A stretch of DNA of 64,000 nt from Psammoneis japonica (Eukaryota), in NCBI GenBank assembly GCA_008632985.1, contig QPGO01000039.1, positions 186,001-250,000 on the forward strand. Reading direction: 5' to 3'. Both the position numbers and the translations under genes were made by a program. Positions within the stretch are counted from its first letter, which is position 1; each line of letters starts with the position of its first letter. The notes under the pieces were generated by a model, which was not told the origin of the DNA, ran no database searches, and saw only the letters and a list, made by a program, of their open reading frames with translations. This document shows, piece after piece, positions 39,414-51,982 of the stretch.

Positions 39414-40475
39414 TCAGATAAGGTAGACGGCCGGGTTGAACACCGCTGACATTAACAAAAGAGGGAATGCAATGAGTGAAAACGTCTCTGGAGAAACTAG
39501 CTTTTTGTCTCGCAAGGTGAGCATGAGTGCCGAGTAGGAGCAGGCAGCGACACCCAGTACATTGTTGTAGTAGTAGATGCTTGGTCCCAGATGATCCTCT
39601 GCGTACGCCAAAAACCAGGCCTGATCATGGTCCGGATGAAGTAGAATTGCCGTCGAAATGACAATCAAAACCGTTGTCAATGGGCCCCCCATGAGATAGT
39701 TGGCGACTGCCACGCCCGTAGGTGGGGACTCGAAAGCACCACTGCTGCCTTGTTCTTGGTTGCTCGGAATTTGCGAGGCAGTCTTTTTCTTCTTTTTTGT
39801 CCCCCCTTGCATGCCTGCCTCCCAATCGAAGATGCCCGACATGGAGCATACAAGTCCAACTGCGGCACCACAGGCAACTAGAGTGTCCGCCACCGCCTTG
39901 TTTCCAACAATAAAAGGTGTGAAAGGTGAAAACATTTCACCAAGAAGTGTTGTTGAAACATTCAGCAACGCCATGATGATGAAACCATCTCGAACGAGTG
40001 GCTGATTCTTTCGATATTTGAGGGCCATGTATATGGAATGGACCGACATAGTGACCACAGATACTTGGAGAAGGAGATCCATTGGTTGTAGCCATGTAGG
40101 AATCTCCTGAAAAAGTGTAGTGGCTCCTGTAACCAGCACCGTGGTAGATGCGACCATATAGGCCAAGCAAGTGATTTTATGGATCCAATTCTTGTCTTCA
40201 TTTGTGCTGAGACGGGCAGCCCAAGTCTGCCACGTTGGAGCCAAAGCGAGAGCTGCACCATCACGGTCGCTTGGGACAAACCTCGGTGTTTGACCATCAT
40301 GAGCTTCAGGTTCATTGACGGGAGCAGACGCAAGACGCGTACTCTGCTTCTGTCGCATGGGAGAGATGAAATTGTTCAAGCCAACAATTTTTAATTGTGT
40401 AGTCTGAAAGCACGAAACACGGAAGTAACAGCTCCGAAGTGCCAGCACCAGTAGAAAGATACGCATCGTGGACAT
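39414..40475 (-). CDS. Multi-pass membrane hypothetical protein with N-terminal signal/transit peptide
   Basis: Intact 353-aa ORF, signal-like start, about 7 hydrophobic helices, normal Tyr/TpA content. Confidence 0.8.
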   Translation of the reverse strand: MSTMRIFLLVLALRSCYFRVSCFQTTQLKIVGLNNFISPMRQKQSTRLASAPVNEPEAHDGQTPRFVPSDRDGAALALAPTWQTWAARLSTNEDKNWIHKITCLAYMVASTTVLVTGATTLFQEIPTWLQPMDLLLQVSVVTMSVHSIYMALKYRKNQPLVRDGFIIMALLNVSTTLLGEMFSPFTPFIVGNKAVADTLVACGAAVGLVCSMSGIFDWEAGMQGGTKKKKKTASQIPSNQEQGSSGAFESPPTGVAVANYLMGGPLTTVLIVISTAILLHPDHDQAWFLAYAEDHLGPSIYYYNNVLGVAACSYSALMLTLRDKKLVSPETFSLIAFPLLLMSAVFNPAVYLI

Positions 40476-41201
40476 AGCAGTAGTGTGTAAGGCACGTAGT
40501 TCTTGCTATGGCTGTTCTTTGATGAGTGAGAGGTGCGGGGTGCGGTGCAAAGGGAACACAACAGTACTGTATGAGGACGATACGATACGATACGAACGTC
40601 CGTCTGCTTTTGCACTTTTGTTTCGCTATTACCGACTAGCTCTAGAGAGAGTGGGCCCTATCTTACACGAGTTGCTGTGAGCGTTGCGTGAACCTACCTG
40701 TGGAAGTAAGAATTGAGAACCTTACCTCTGTCCAAACTGGACCATACAGTACCTATGTACCGTACATAGCTGACGTCATATGATAGAGCCGAAAATGAGC
40801 CTCTTCGAAAAAATTAATGGTTATTAGCCCTATGCATGACGTAATTTTAGGCCATGCCAACTTTTGTGAGGAACACTGTTCTGGGGTGAACTGTGTTCCT
40901 CGAAAACAGCATGCCCCAAACACCACACCCCCGAGTCGACACACGAGACGACCCAGAAGTGGCGTTTTTGATGCAACAAAAGTGCCCATGGCTGTGCCTT
41001 TTCCAAGAACAACCCACAATCTCATCACACATGAGGCACTTGCTGTGTTTGGGTCGCTTTGCGTGCCGTTCTTGTCTCATCATGACGCAGCAGTTTTCCT
41101 GAACATTCTCTCAATCAATCTGCTGCAGACACTCATGCAGTGAAGTTGATCACACACAAGTCACACACAAGTTTGACAATGTGATTGATTTGCATCCTTT
41201 G

Positions 41202-41598
41202 GACGGGTTCCAGTCCCAGGCGGGACTCTGTGTGACATTGGGCCCGCAGAATTCTACGTGCGAGCTCCGCAGCAAATTTGCACTGCAATGAAAATGTGAA
41301 TGATCGCCAACAGAAAAAGAGGCAATTTTACGAACGCATCTCCTCCTTCACACTTGGAGCACATCGTTGACAGTTTGCCCGGGTGCATTCTTCAGACATC
41401 AAAGAACACACCCAGCGCATTTTCATTCTCACAAATGTTGAAAATGGAAAGCCTTTGGCTTCGCAAAACAGGGAGCATGAGACAATTTCGCAGAATTTCA
41501 CACGTAGAAATGCATGTGCGCGACATGCGACGCGATCCAAAAAACTGTTGATGTCACAGTGCAGCAGTGCGAGGTCCCACCTGGAGCTGGAACGCGTC
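41202..41598 (+). mobile_element. MITE family A copy 3
   Basis: TIR as copy 1; TSD TTTG/TTTG. Confidence 0.9.
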
Positions 41599-41871
41599 TT
41601 TGCTTGGCTTGTTGCCGCCTCATGGCAACGTCATCGTCGTCATGGTGTCGTCACTCTCGTCATGTGTTTTTGTTCTGTTTCGTTTCAACTTCGTCGATGC
41701 AGTTGGTTCAATGCCCTGGTGAAATGATCAACCTTCATCAGTTAGAAGATGCATGAAATCAGAGATGCAACATGTTCATGTGTGAATGAAGTGGGGGCAT
41801 GCATAAAAGCATGATGCAGTTTGGGAAGCACTGCATGGGTGTGACCCTGTGACGTCCGCAAAAAGGCTTTG

Positions 41872-42303
41872 TGCAGCATGCATGCAGACAAAAGGTTGTT
41901 TTTGTCACGCCCTTTGTGACATTTAAACTGCAACACGTCGCCGTGATGCATTAACTCTTGTCAGCAGCTGTGTGTTGCACTCCTCCCCATGTGTCACGCG
42001 CAGAACTCACGTGTGCTGACACTGCACGTTTTTGGCGGAACAGTGTGGGTGCGTGCAAAGGAACACACAGAACTGCACAGAGTTTTACGCGTTCGACAGT
42101 GATCAACGTTGCTGCAGACAACTCCCACTCAGGGTTTCGAACCCCTGGCCTCCTGCCCAGTGGTTACGATGTGCCACTCCGCTGTGAATTCACAATGCAG
42201 CATGCATGCAGACAAAAGGTCATTTTTGTCATGCCCTTTGTGACATTTAAACTGTGACACGTCGCCGTGATACATTGACTCTTGTCAGCAGCTGTGCATT
42301 GCA
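41872..42303 (-). mobile_element. TRIM copy 2
   Basis: Colinear with 3204-3649; TG...CA ends; TSD TTTG/TTTG. Confidence 0.88.
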
Positions 42304-42639
42304 TTTGTGACATCAGGCATGCACACAGGTGTGGTCCAGTTTGGACAGGGTCTTGTCACACATCATGCCATGTGCAGTCTGCTCTAGAGAGAGTTGTGGC
42401 CTGGAACTGAGAACTCGCTCGCCAAATGATTTTTTTCAAGATGATTTACAGGGGTCACCGATCTCCAGCTGGCCAGTGTTTGTTGCTCCATTTGTTGTCC
42501 CGTGCGATTGCTTGTACGTTGGACAACAACACCACTGCATTTGCGTCAAAACATGAAAACAACACTGCGTTTGTGTTCATCAGCAACAACACAATGCTCG
42601 CGGAAATGATGCGAAAAACAACAAACACTGGGGGGGCCA

Positions 42640-43920
42640 ATGCCCTGTCCATCGCAACGATGCGACGTGCCAAATGGCTCTGTTGGCAAACGGTTCATTG
42701 CAATGTTGGCAGAACTGCTGGATGGAGTCACAAGGTGGAAGTGGAGCTCGGAAAGATTCACAGCACATCAGACGGTTGTTTTGCAGCGGGACCGCAACGC
42801 AAAAGGAGGAGCCAAAGACATCAGAACTTTGCTCAACATGTGCATGGACGATTGGGATGCGGGCAAGCACAAAATGCTGGTCCAATCAATGGAACGGCTG
42901 CTTGAAGCAAACCCAAACCCCGCCAGCTCTCCAGGAAACACCAACTCCAGCATGTCCAAGGATGGCGATCGCGGCGACCTTCTCGGCATGCAATTTTGGG
43001 ATGGAAGGACAGACATGGTGACGGACATTCACACTCCCGACACGGACGCGAAGTCACACCCATCCAAAACACCAGAAGAAGTTCTGGCAATGCACGAATG
43101 TGAGAAAAAGTGCAAGTGCCTCAAGCCCTGTCTTGAGCAATGCCGTCATTTCACGCCCTTTGCAGTGTCATGCGACAGACTTTTGACGTGTTCCAGTCCC
43201 AGGTGACACACAAAACGACAATCAATTTTGAACGTAAATTGTGCATCTTTCAGTGCATGAAGCATTTTCACACAAAACACTCAAGCGGATTGGCTTTTGC
43301 AGGCATCTAGAGTGTGCACATTTAAATGGTTTTTTGTGGGGCATTAAAGTCCTCGTGTGGGATGTGCATCATTGACTTCCTCAGCAGACTCAATGCTGTT
43401 TGTGCGTCAGTTCATTCTACACTGAGATTTCTTTGCAGGCAGAAAACCTGCCAAGCAGCATCCATTTGGGCAACATCCAAATGACGGCAACAATTTTGCG
43501 GAAAATCATCCGTTGTGTTGCGATTTGTTTGTCGCAATGAAAAACACAGACAGCACAATAAAAATGACATTGCAACACTCACACGAGTCTTGCCAGTGTT
43601 GCAAAACATTCGAATTTGCACAAATCTATGCTTTTGGTGGTGAAAAACCATTCACAAGTCAGAGACCGCGCAAAAATTGCTTAAATGTCGTTTTTGTGCA
43701 CGATTTGGGTCATGTGCGGCTGGAACACATCTTTTTGGCAAAGAAGCTGAGGCAATGCTCCGCAAGACAGCCTGGAGACCATCAGACAAATGGCAAAAGC
43801 CATGCTCTGAAGCATGCGGCCATGTCAATGCAAGAATGAGCACTGCCATGGTCCGGGCGACCCACCGTTGCCTCAGGGGATCCCGCATTCCCGCCTCTCA
43901 GATCAGCTCCAGATGATCCC
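42640..43920 (+). mobile_element. Internally deleted CRE-like non-LTR element (RLE endonuclease region)
   Basis: VPNGSVGKRF..., DRGDLL..FW, DTDAKS, FTPFAVSCD..GKEA, VRATHRCLRGSR motifs; RT region absent. Confidence 0.7.
43185..43731. mobile_element. MITE family B (same TIR type, different interior)
   Basis: GACGTGTTCCAG...CTGGAACACATC; TSD TTTT/TTTT; splits the CD.L-GKEA motif of the non-LTR remnant. Confidence 0.75.
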
Positions 43921-44570
43921 AGTGGGGGTCTGTCTTTGTGCAGACACCAAAGGACCCCATCCAACTGACCTGCACCCTTCCAGACAGTGTGCCAACTGAC
44001 TGTCCAACGACAACATTGATGGCGTGCCTGGAAGTTGACAAAAACCTGCCACCACACCAAACATGGCGCCACAATTAATTCAAACATCATGCGCACAGCC
44101 TGCAATCTTGTGCGCAACAACTGCCCCTTGCGGCACTCATGCGACTGCATTGAGGGCCCCACCCACTTTTTCTCTCCAGATGTGCGCGCTGCGTGATTTT
44201 GATCAGATCAGCCACAGGCTCAGATGCGCTGCTGGACAGGACAATGCATGCTCCAACTGCTTGGAAAGCACGGATCTGAAATGCTTGTCATTCATGAACA
44301 CAACCAACAGGACCTGCAGTTTCGCATGATGAATTTAACCAACGGACACTGGTCAGGTGGAAATCTGCAGAGAAGCCTCCATTGGAAATTTTGTCAAGAG
44401 CGCACATGATGTGCGCCACCGAATTTGTTTCAGAAGTCAGAACGTTTTTGTGTTGCTGTTGCTGCTTGTGGTTCTTGTTGTTGCAACCATGCGATCGCTC
44501 TGCACTGGCTCAATGCAGTGGAGCTGCAATCGGGAAATGTGGGCAGCCCAATGAGGATGCATGAATTGTC

Positions 44571-44960
44571 GACACGTTCCAGGTCTGGGTGGGGCCTCGT
44601 GCTGCTGAACTGTGACATCGACAGTTTTTTGAGTCTCGTCGCATGTCGCGCACGCAGATTTCTACGTGATTTTTTCGACATTTTGTGTCATTTTACGGTG
44701 CACTCATTGAGCAATCCGTCCAACAACTTTTGACATTTTTTGTTACAGCGCGATTCTACAATGTCTCAAGAATCGCGCAGGGCAGGCGAAGTTGCAAAAA
44801 CATCGAGTGGCAAGAGGCACAATTGCACCACAAACTTGGGCGTTTGTTTGATGTTGAAGATGAATGTGTCCATTCATTAAATTCTCGTACTACGGAGCTC
44901 GCACGTAGAATTCTACGGGCCCAATGTCACACGGAGTCCCACCTGGGGCTGGAACGCGTC
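44571..44960 (-). mobile_element. MITE family A copy 4
   Basis: Closely similar to 12575-12966; TSD TGTC/TGTC. Confidence 0.9.
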
Positions 44961-45606
44961 TGTCAGAACAGGCACGCACTCCATTTTGTGCCACTGTCTG
45001 CGAACGACGTGACGACAGGTCGGTCATCGAAGGCTCCGCACAAAAAGAGCGTAGAATCCCATGGAGAGATTGTGATTTCCTGGCACGTCAGAAGAAAAAA
45101 ATCGGCCATGACAACACGCCGTCGACAATTTCATCACAACGCAAGTGGGGCCGTCGAGCGCCCACACCTGAAACGTGTGCTGCAATGCCAACTCAATGAG
45201 ATTCCCATGGTCGGCGCTCGACGGCCCCACTTGCATTGCAGCGCATTTCGACCATCATTGTCGTCGTGCTTCGCCGTGGTGAAACACCCAAAATCGGTGC
45301 ACAAAACAGAAAGGAACCCGGCAGAAATCGCCCAAAACCCGGAAGTGTGTCCGTGAAAATCACGTCATTTTGCTAAATAAAAAAGTTTCTTAATTATTGT
45401 AAATGTTGATTTTCTACTGTCCTGCCTCTCTAGTAGTAGCAGTGTACTGTATCTGAGCCTGTGGATCAGCGATGCCTGTATTTTTTGGATATCCGTACTT
45501 GCATGCAGTAAAATTAATGTATGATAGACTGCACGTCAGCAATGTCGCCCACCAATTGCCCCGTTTCGACAACTTATTTTGCGCGACGACGACTAGACTC
45601 TCGACC

Positions 45607-46941
45607 ATGGCGTGTTCTCTTTTTCTTCTTTGCGCAATCCTGGTAATCCCTGACTCAACAACTGCAGCAACAACTGTTTCCTTTATACTACAACAAACTA
45701 CAAGACCTCTCCCGCTGCTGCATGCAAAAAGTCCGCCCATTTTGAAATACGACAACATTGCACAACAACCGCCTGCTCCTCTGACGAATCAAGTTCCACT
45801 TCAAAAGATTCAAGACGAAGAACTCTGTGACGACAGCCTCTCTCCCGTTCGAGTGGATGTGATTGCTCATCGTGGTGCGTCTGGTGTCAGTCCCGATCAT
45901 ACGCTGGCGAGTTATCGAGAAGCCTTTTTGGCCGGCGCCGATTGGATTGAAATTGACGTGCAGTGTACCAAGGACGGAGTGCTTGTCATTAATCACAATG
46001 TCGACTTGGGAGAAACAACCGACGTTGCCGATTGGGCGTGGGCAGCACCGCTTCGTCGTCGAACCAAGGCCGTGCCGTGTCGGGACGGAGATCCGTCCAC
46101 CGTGGAGGGGTGGGTTGTCAAGGACTTGTTGCTCGAGGAAGTCAAACAATTGCGTGTCAAGGAAAAGAGCGAGTGTCGACCACAAGATTACAACTTGATG
46201 TATGACATTCCGACATTAGCCGAGACGGCTAATTTTGTGCAAGACATGGTGGACAGTGAACGATCGCATCTCGCAAACAGTGTGACCAAGTCCAAGTGGC
46301 TTCAAGAACGAAATCGCTATGTATTAAAGTACGGACGGTGCCGACCGAATCCACGAGTTGGGCTGTACATTGAAACAAAGCGTCCAGCGTGGTATCGATC
46401 TCTTGGTTTGCCACTCGAAGAGAAATTAGCAGACGTTATTGACAATAGCAAGTTTGAAGGACCAGTAATTGTACAAAGCTTTGAAGAAGACAGCCTCCGT
46501 CGTATGCAAGAGCTAAAACCAGACTGGAGAACAGTCAAGCTCATGACAAAGCATGATGCTGACAGTATCATGAGCAACAATGGAGATTTAGACAAGTTTA
46601 TGCAAGGCCTGATATCCTGGGGTTGTGATGGGATTGGACCCGACAAGTCCTCTATCATTCCAGAAGCAACGTTTCCTCCGAATAGCTCTCCCTTGATTGA
46701 GGCGGCACATGCACACGGTCTCTTTGTTCACCCCTATACCTTCAAGAGCGACACGTTGCATCTACACAGAGTCTATGGTGGCAATGCAGGCCAAGAATTT
46801 GCGCAATTTTTCAAACTTGGGATTGATGGCGCCTTTGCGGATTTTCCCGACCACGCGGTGTTTGCAAGAGAGCTGTACAATCGTTTGCAGATTCGAGGAG
46901 ACGGTTTTTTGCTGTTTTCCGACGTGAAGGGACAGTTTTAG
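45607..46941 (+). CDS. Glycerophosphodiester phosphodiesterase (GDPD), secreted type; intact copy B
   Basis: Signal peptide, VIAHRGASG, GADWIEIDVQCTKDGVLVINH, LYIETK, VQSF, VHPYT, GIDGAFADFPD. Confidence 0.93.
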   Translation: MACSLFLLCAILVIPDSTTAATTVSFILQQTTRPLPLLHAKSPPILKYDNIAQQPPAPLTNQVPLQKIQDEELCDDSLSPVRVDVIAHRGASGVSPDHTLASYREAFLAGADWIEIDVQCTKDGVLVINHNVDLGETTDVADWAWAAPLRRRTKAVPCRDGDPSTVEGWVVKDLLLEEVKQLRVKEKSECRPQDYNLMYDIPTLAETANFVQDMVDSERSHLANSVTKSKWLQERNRYVLKYGRCRPNPRVGLYIETKRPAWYRSLGLPLEEKLADVIDNSKFEGPVIVQSFEEDSLRRMQELKPDWRTVKLMTKHDADSIMSNNGDLDKFMQGLISWGCDGIGPDKSSIIPEATFPPNSSPLIEAAHAHGLFVHPYTFKSDTLHLHRVYGGNAGQEFAQFFKLGIDGAFADFPDHAVFARELYNRLQIRGDGFLLFSDVKGQF

Positions 46942-47879
46942 CTCATCATGAGAAGCATATGGCATAACCGGGCTTGAGATTCAAAGCGTGCCGCCGGATG
47001 CACCCTCAAAACGATATGGCCACGTCCTCGATTCAAAGAAAATATTGCTTGTAGCTCTACAGAAGCACGGAGAAGTTCAGGGGATGTAATGAGCACTTCG
47101 ATGCCAAAGCAAATCAGGGACGAGTTTGTACGACCCTTTATTCTTTTTTTACACAGGTGGCGACCTTGTCTAGTAGGCAAAGTACTTGTGCCGTAATTTT
47201 GTAGAAGTTTGCTACTGCTTTGTAAAATAGTCCGATATTATCCAATCAGTTCGATAGGGATGTGGCAGAGAGAAAGGAGAGATTTAAGCGCGTGACTTCA
47301 ATGCCGACCGAGGGCTCTGGGCTGTTGTTGCGACGCTGGAAAGATGGGATATTATTTGTCGACATCTCTTAAAGGCAGGTTCTGTCTTCTACCCCTTTCT
47401 TATGGGGCATGAATACATAACTAGCTAGCAGTTGTCTTTTGTAAGAAGTTCTAGAGTTTCAGCTAGTAGTGCGTGGTGTCTTCCCATGATGAAAGCTATT
47501 CCCCCCCCCTCCCCCCGACTCTTCCAGAGGAGGGCCAACAAATCCTGCGAGAGTGGGTAGGGTCAAGTCATCCTCATTAGCCCTACCGGTACAAGACTCT
47601 GTCAAAACTCATGAGTCACAGTATATCTGCGCACCTTTCAACTTCTAAACGGATCTCTAGATTATCAATCTTCTAAAATGGATGGACTCTTTCTTTAATT
47701 TTGGCTTGAATCATGTAAATCATCACAGCAGTCGCAAATCATACCTCAAAACCGACAGTACGAGCTATTTCGAGCTCCGGGTGTGCCTTTCTATCTGGAG
47801 CCAGTCTTACGTTTTTGTGCGTCCTTTTTGGAGGGCCCATCAGGAACCTCGGTGGGCCCATCAGGAATGCCAACCAATG

Positions 47880-48935
47880 CCTGGTTACAGACGTACTCCG
47901 GTGCATGGCAAGACCCCTGACTGGGAGGATCGAACGGTGAGCAGCCTTTTTTTGACAGGAGGCAATCGACACTGTCAAGCTTGAGACACTTGCGCCACTT
48001 GACATTGCTGCTGTAGAGAAGACAGAATTCGCATCCTGCGCTACCTCGAATGGTGCAACTGTCCAATCCCAATGGGCAATGAGAAGTGCCCACATCAGCA
48101 TGAGTGGAAATGCCGCAGCCGCCTCCTTCATTGTCAGCTCCTGTGCTGCTTTTGACATCAAGAATGAAATCCGTAAACTTGGCATGGTGCCCCCCCCAAA
48201 ACAAGAAAGTAAGTGCCACCGGCTGGGTGGGGGAACCCATCCTTTCTGGCAGAAAATGACAGCATGCTCTTCAAACCATCGCCGCCATCATCGTCCATCG
48301 CGATCAAATTGCCGAGCCAATCGCACAAACCAATCACAGTGTCGTCGATGTCAGATGGATTTGTGTCGATGAAGGGAGATTTTTCACGGCCTCTTTCGAT
48401 GTCAGATGGATTTGTGTCGATGCAGAGAGAGGTTTCACGGCCTGTCAATTCAAACTTGAACAAAAGGACCTCATTGGGAAGCAGATTTCCACAGTGACGA
48501 AGTCCGGTGCTGGTCACGAAGCCAAAATGATGCTCGATTGGCGGCAGCAGCCCAGTGTCGGCATGAACCGTAATTTCGTAACAGCCGCGTTTACCGGCTC
48601 CTTTGACCTCAAAGTTGCAGTCATAAAACTTGGTTCCATGCGCTCCCACCGCAAGGTGGCAAGTGCCAGCCGGAGGGACTGGTCCATCGGAGCCCGTGCA
48701 GGAATCATCATCTCCATCATAAATGTCTTCACCGGAGCCAACACCAAACGACAGTGTGCTCCACACACCGATGCCGCCATCGTCATCCACCACAAGCAAA
48801 TCACCATCTGAATTGTGCAGAGCAATCACAGTGTCTTCCACATTGTCGGCACCATCCAAGATGACAAAGTGGTGTTCTTCCATTGCAATGTCAAGATGCG
48901 TTTCCCTGCCTGTCAAACAAAACCCAAACCAATGC
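47880..48935 (-). pseudogene. PPC/DVUA0089-like repeat protein, copy 1 (5' part replaced by copia fragment)
   Basis: Paralog of 63005-64000; frameshift, 51-bp in-frame duplication at ~48345-48445; TpA loss increases toward 48935. Confidence 0.8.
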
Positions 48936-50520
48936 TGGTGAGCTCAAAAGCCTTGGAGTGAGTCATGGTGGGGTTTTGGCAGTCAGACTTTCCAAATGTG
49001 TGGTGGTTGAGCTCCTGGAGAACTTCATGGATGGGGATGACATCATGCACAGCCTGAGAAAGTGCAGCACATTCCACTTCCATGGTTGACAATGCTGCAA
49101 GAGTCTGCAGCTTGGACACCCAGACAAGTGGACAGCTGGCACAATGGACAAGGTGTCCAGTCCTGGACTTGACTGAAACTGAGTCTTGTCTGTCCTCAAC
49201 ACCAAACAACCCTGGAAGTCAAAGTCAACATGACAATCAACTCTGTGATCTTTCGCAGGCTCAAGAATGAGGCCTTTGGCAGCTGTGGCCTTGAGGTGCC
49301 AGAGCATCTCTGCTTCACTGCAGCAGCATGGGACACTTGGGGTGGGTCTGCATCAACATTCCAACAAAAGAGTGACAGTCGCAAGGTTCTTCAAAGGGTG
49401 CATTCTTCCGTGTCAGCGCCAATGGGTGCAGGCAGTGCTGGGGTGGAGACGCCCCATTGCAATCCTGCATCTGTGCAGTGCGCGAGAACTTGTCAACCAG
49501 ACCAGGTTGGGTGAGCAGAAATTGACCCTTGGAGAGCTTTTTGATCTTGACACCAAGAAAAGTGCCAACCTCCCCTTCACCCCCAAGTTCAAATGTGTGG
49601 CGATGCTTGTCATTGGAGACTCCTGACTTGTGAATCTCCTCTTCCAGAGCTTCAGCTGATGAACCAACAAATGCCGGCATGTCTTGTTGATGTGCGTGAC
49701 ACACATCATGCCTTTCTTGAAATGCAAACATGGGTTGCAAGTCAAAGGAACCCATCAGCACTTGATTGAGCTGGCTCTTGACTTCTCATGGAAGCATTTG
49801 GGAGACTGCTTGAGGCCGCACAGTTCTTTTGAAAGCTCAAGGACCACATTGAGTGCCAACTTTGGTGCAAAACCCTTTGGCAGTGATGCGCCGGCTTCTT
49901 TGGGGATGACGGCTTGGCAGAAGACTGCAGTGCAGTCTGCCTGATGTGTGGCCCATCCTTCTTTCAGTGCAGCAGTGAGCACAAGTCAAATGCTGGACCA
50001 TTGCACCACCGGCATGCAGATCTCAAAACAATCCACTCCCCCTTGCTGCAAACAACCACAGATGCAGCATTGGGCCTTGCACTTCAGAGGTGTTCCATCT
50101 GGCAGCCTCTTGAGTTTAAAAGCCCATGTCCTGGGAAGCCCATTTGTCTTCAGCATGCATTTGTCTGCTTTCCAGGCCCAATGATGGATGAGTGCATTGA
50201 CTGCAATCTTCATTGCCTTGATCCATTCTTTGGCATCCGGACTCTTCAGAGCATTGTGTGATGAAAGCATGTCAGGGTTCTTGCTCTTCTTGCTTGCTGC
50301 ATGGGCTCTGGGATTTGCCAATGTTGCGTGTGCCTTCATCCAATCAGTCTCAAGCCTCGTGCCCAATTGGAACCCATTCTTCCTTGATGGAGCTGAGACA
50401 CACTTCATCCACAAACTTGGTGGAGTGGAGCTGGCCCTTGGTTGACCGTGAAGACCATCGCAGCCCTGACACTCCCTCTGAATTTGCTGTGGGAGGTGCT
50501 TCAATTGGAGCATCAGAGCG
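48936..50520 (-). mobile_element. Copia RT/RNase H fragment, same family as 2657-9059, no LTRs
   Basis: Reverse-complement homology to ~6930-8545 (KKSKNPDM, GLKQSPKCFHEK, SVKSRTG, LSTMEVE). Confidence 0.88.
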
Positions 50521-51982
50521 TGCAACACAGTGATTGACTGTGACCCTTTTTCACAGTGATTGTCACTCCTGTTTTAGACACAATTTGCAAGGTTTCAAAC
50601 CTCATTGGTTGTGCATGCCTCAAGACAATGGACTCAACTTGTGAAACACAGGCTGACCTCACCCAAAAATCATCAATCCTCATCAACTCCAAATCATCCA
50701 GAGACATCTCCACATCCTCGTTCTTGAGGTTCGCCATCAGAGAGGGCAACGAGAACCATGGAAAAAAGCTTGAGAAATGGGCCAACACATGCCTCTTGAT
50801 TCATTCCCAGCTTGGTTGACATGAGCATGTCTGGACAGGCTGCAAACAAAATGTCCTTGGACAGCTCATCTTGAAAATCCCCACATGCTCGTGCGCACCT
50901 GGTGGTGTTCCGCTTTTTCCACTTGAGGTTGCTTTCTTGGAGGAGGTGGCTGACTGTGCAGGAGATTTTGGGTGTGTTCTCTCTGGCACCTTCTTGAAAA
51001 TGCCATCGTTGACAGCATTTTTTTCTGTCAAGATTGGCAACAACAGCAGATGTTGCACTGCTCTTGGGATGTCACTTTCCTTCGGCCCAGTGTCGCCAGG
51101 CACTGACACAAAATGACCAAATGGTTCTTGCTGATTTCCTTTGCATCATCTCTCATCCACTCTTGAGTTGTTCAAAAGGGTGAAAGAATCTCACCCCACA
51201 CTGGATCATCAGCAATTTCTCCTCCTCGCTGAGCTCAATGAAATGGCTCAACCACATTGATGCCATTTTTCAAAGGTTTTGCAGACAAAGCAACAGCGGA
51301 TGAGACACAGCCATTTGGCAAAGTGTCCAATCTGCACAATGAGGGAAACTTGGGCAGCCTCTTGTCATTGTCCAGGTGTCTGTCCATCCACCTTCTCCAG
51401 CGTGCCGCTGTTGCACGGTGACTCCTCCAAGAGCACGGCCGCCCACAAGCTTGTCCTCTTCTCGCGCTTGGCCTGACATCTTGGCATGACCAGGCCAGAG
51501 ATTGGCACCATCCTGCTGGATGCCCCCTCCTCCCCAACAAGAAGGCCAGCTTGTTGATTTAAAGAAAATGTTGCTTGTGGCTCGGCAGAAGCCTGGGGGC
51601 AAGTTCGGGGGATTTGACAAGCACTTTGATGCCAAAGCAAATGAGGGGTGAGTTTGTGTGGCTCTTTTTTTTTTTACACAAATGGCAACCTTTACCAGGC
51701 AAAGCACTTGTGCCATGTTTTGCAGAAGTTCACTGCTCTCTGGTCAATTTGGACATCGAGGATGCTTGCGCTTGTCAGTTGCCACCTGGTGTGGCCAGCT
51801 GATGCTTTGCAAAACAGTCCGATCTCATTTTCAGTCAGATTCAAGCACACAATTTCAATGCAGACCAAGGACTCTGGGCTGTTGTTACAACACTGGAAAG
51901 ATGGGATGTTGTTTGATGACATCTCTTCAAGGCAGGTTCTGTCTTCTGCCACTTTTTTCTGGGGCATGAATGCACAACTGGC

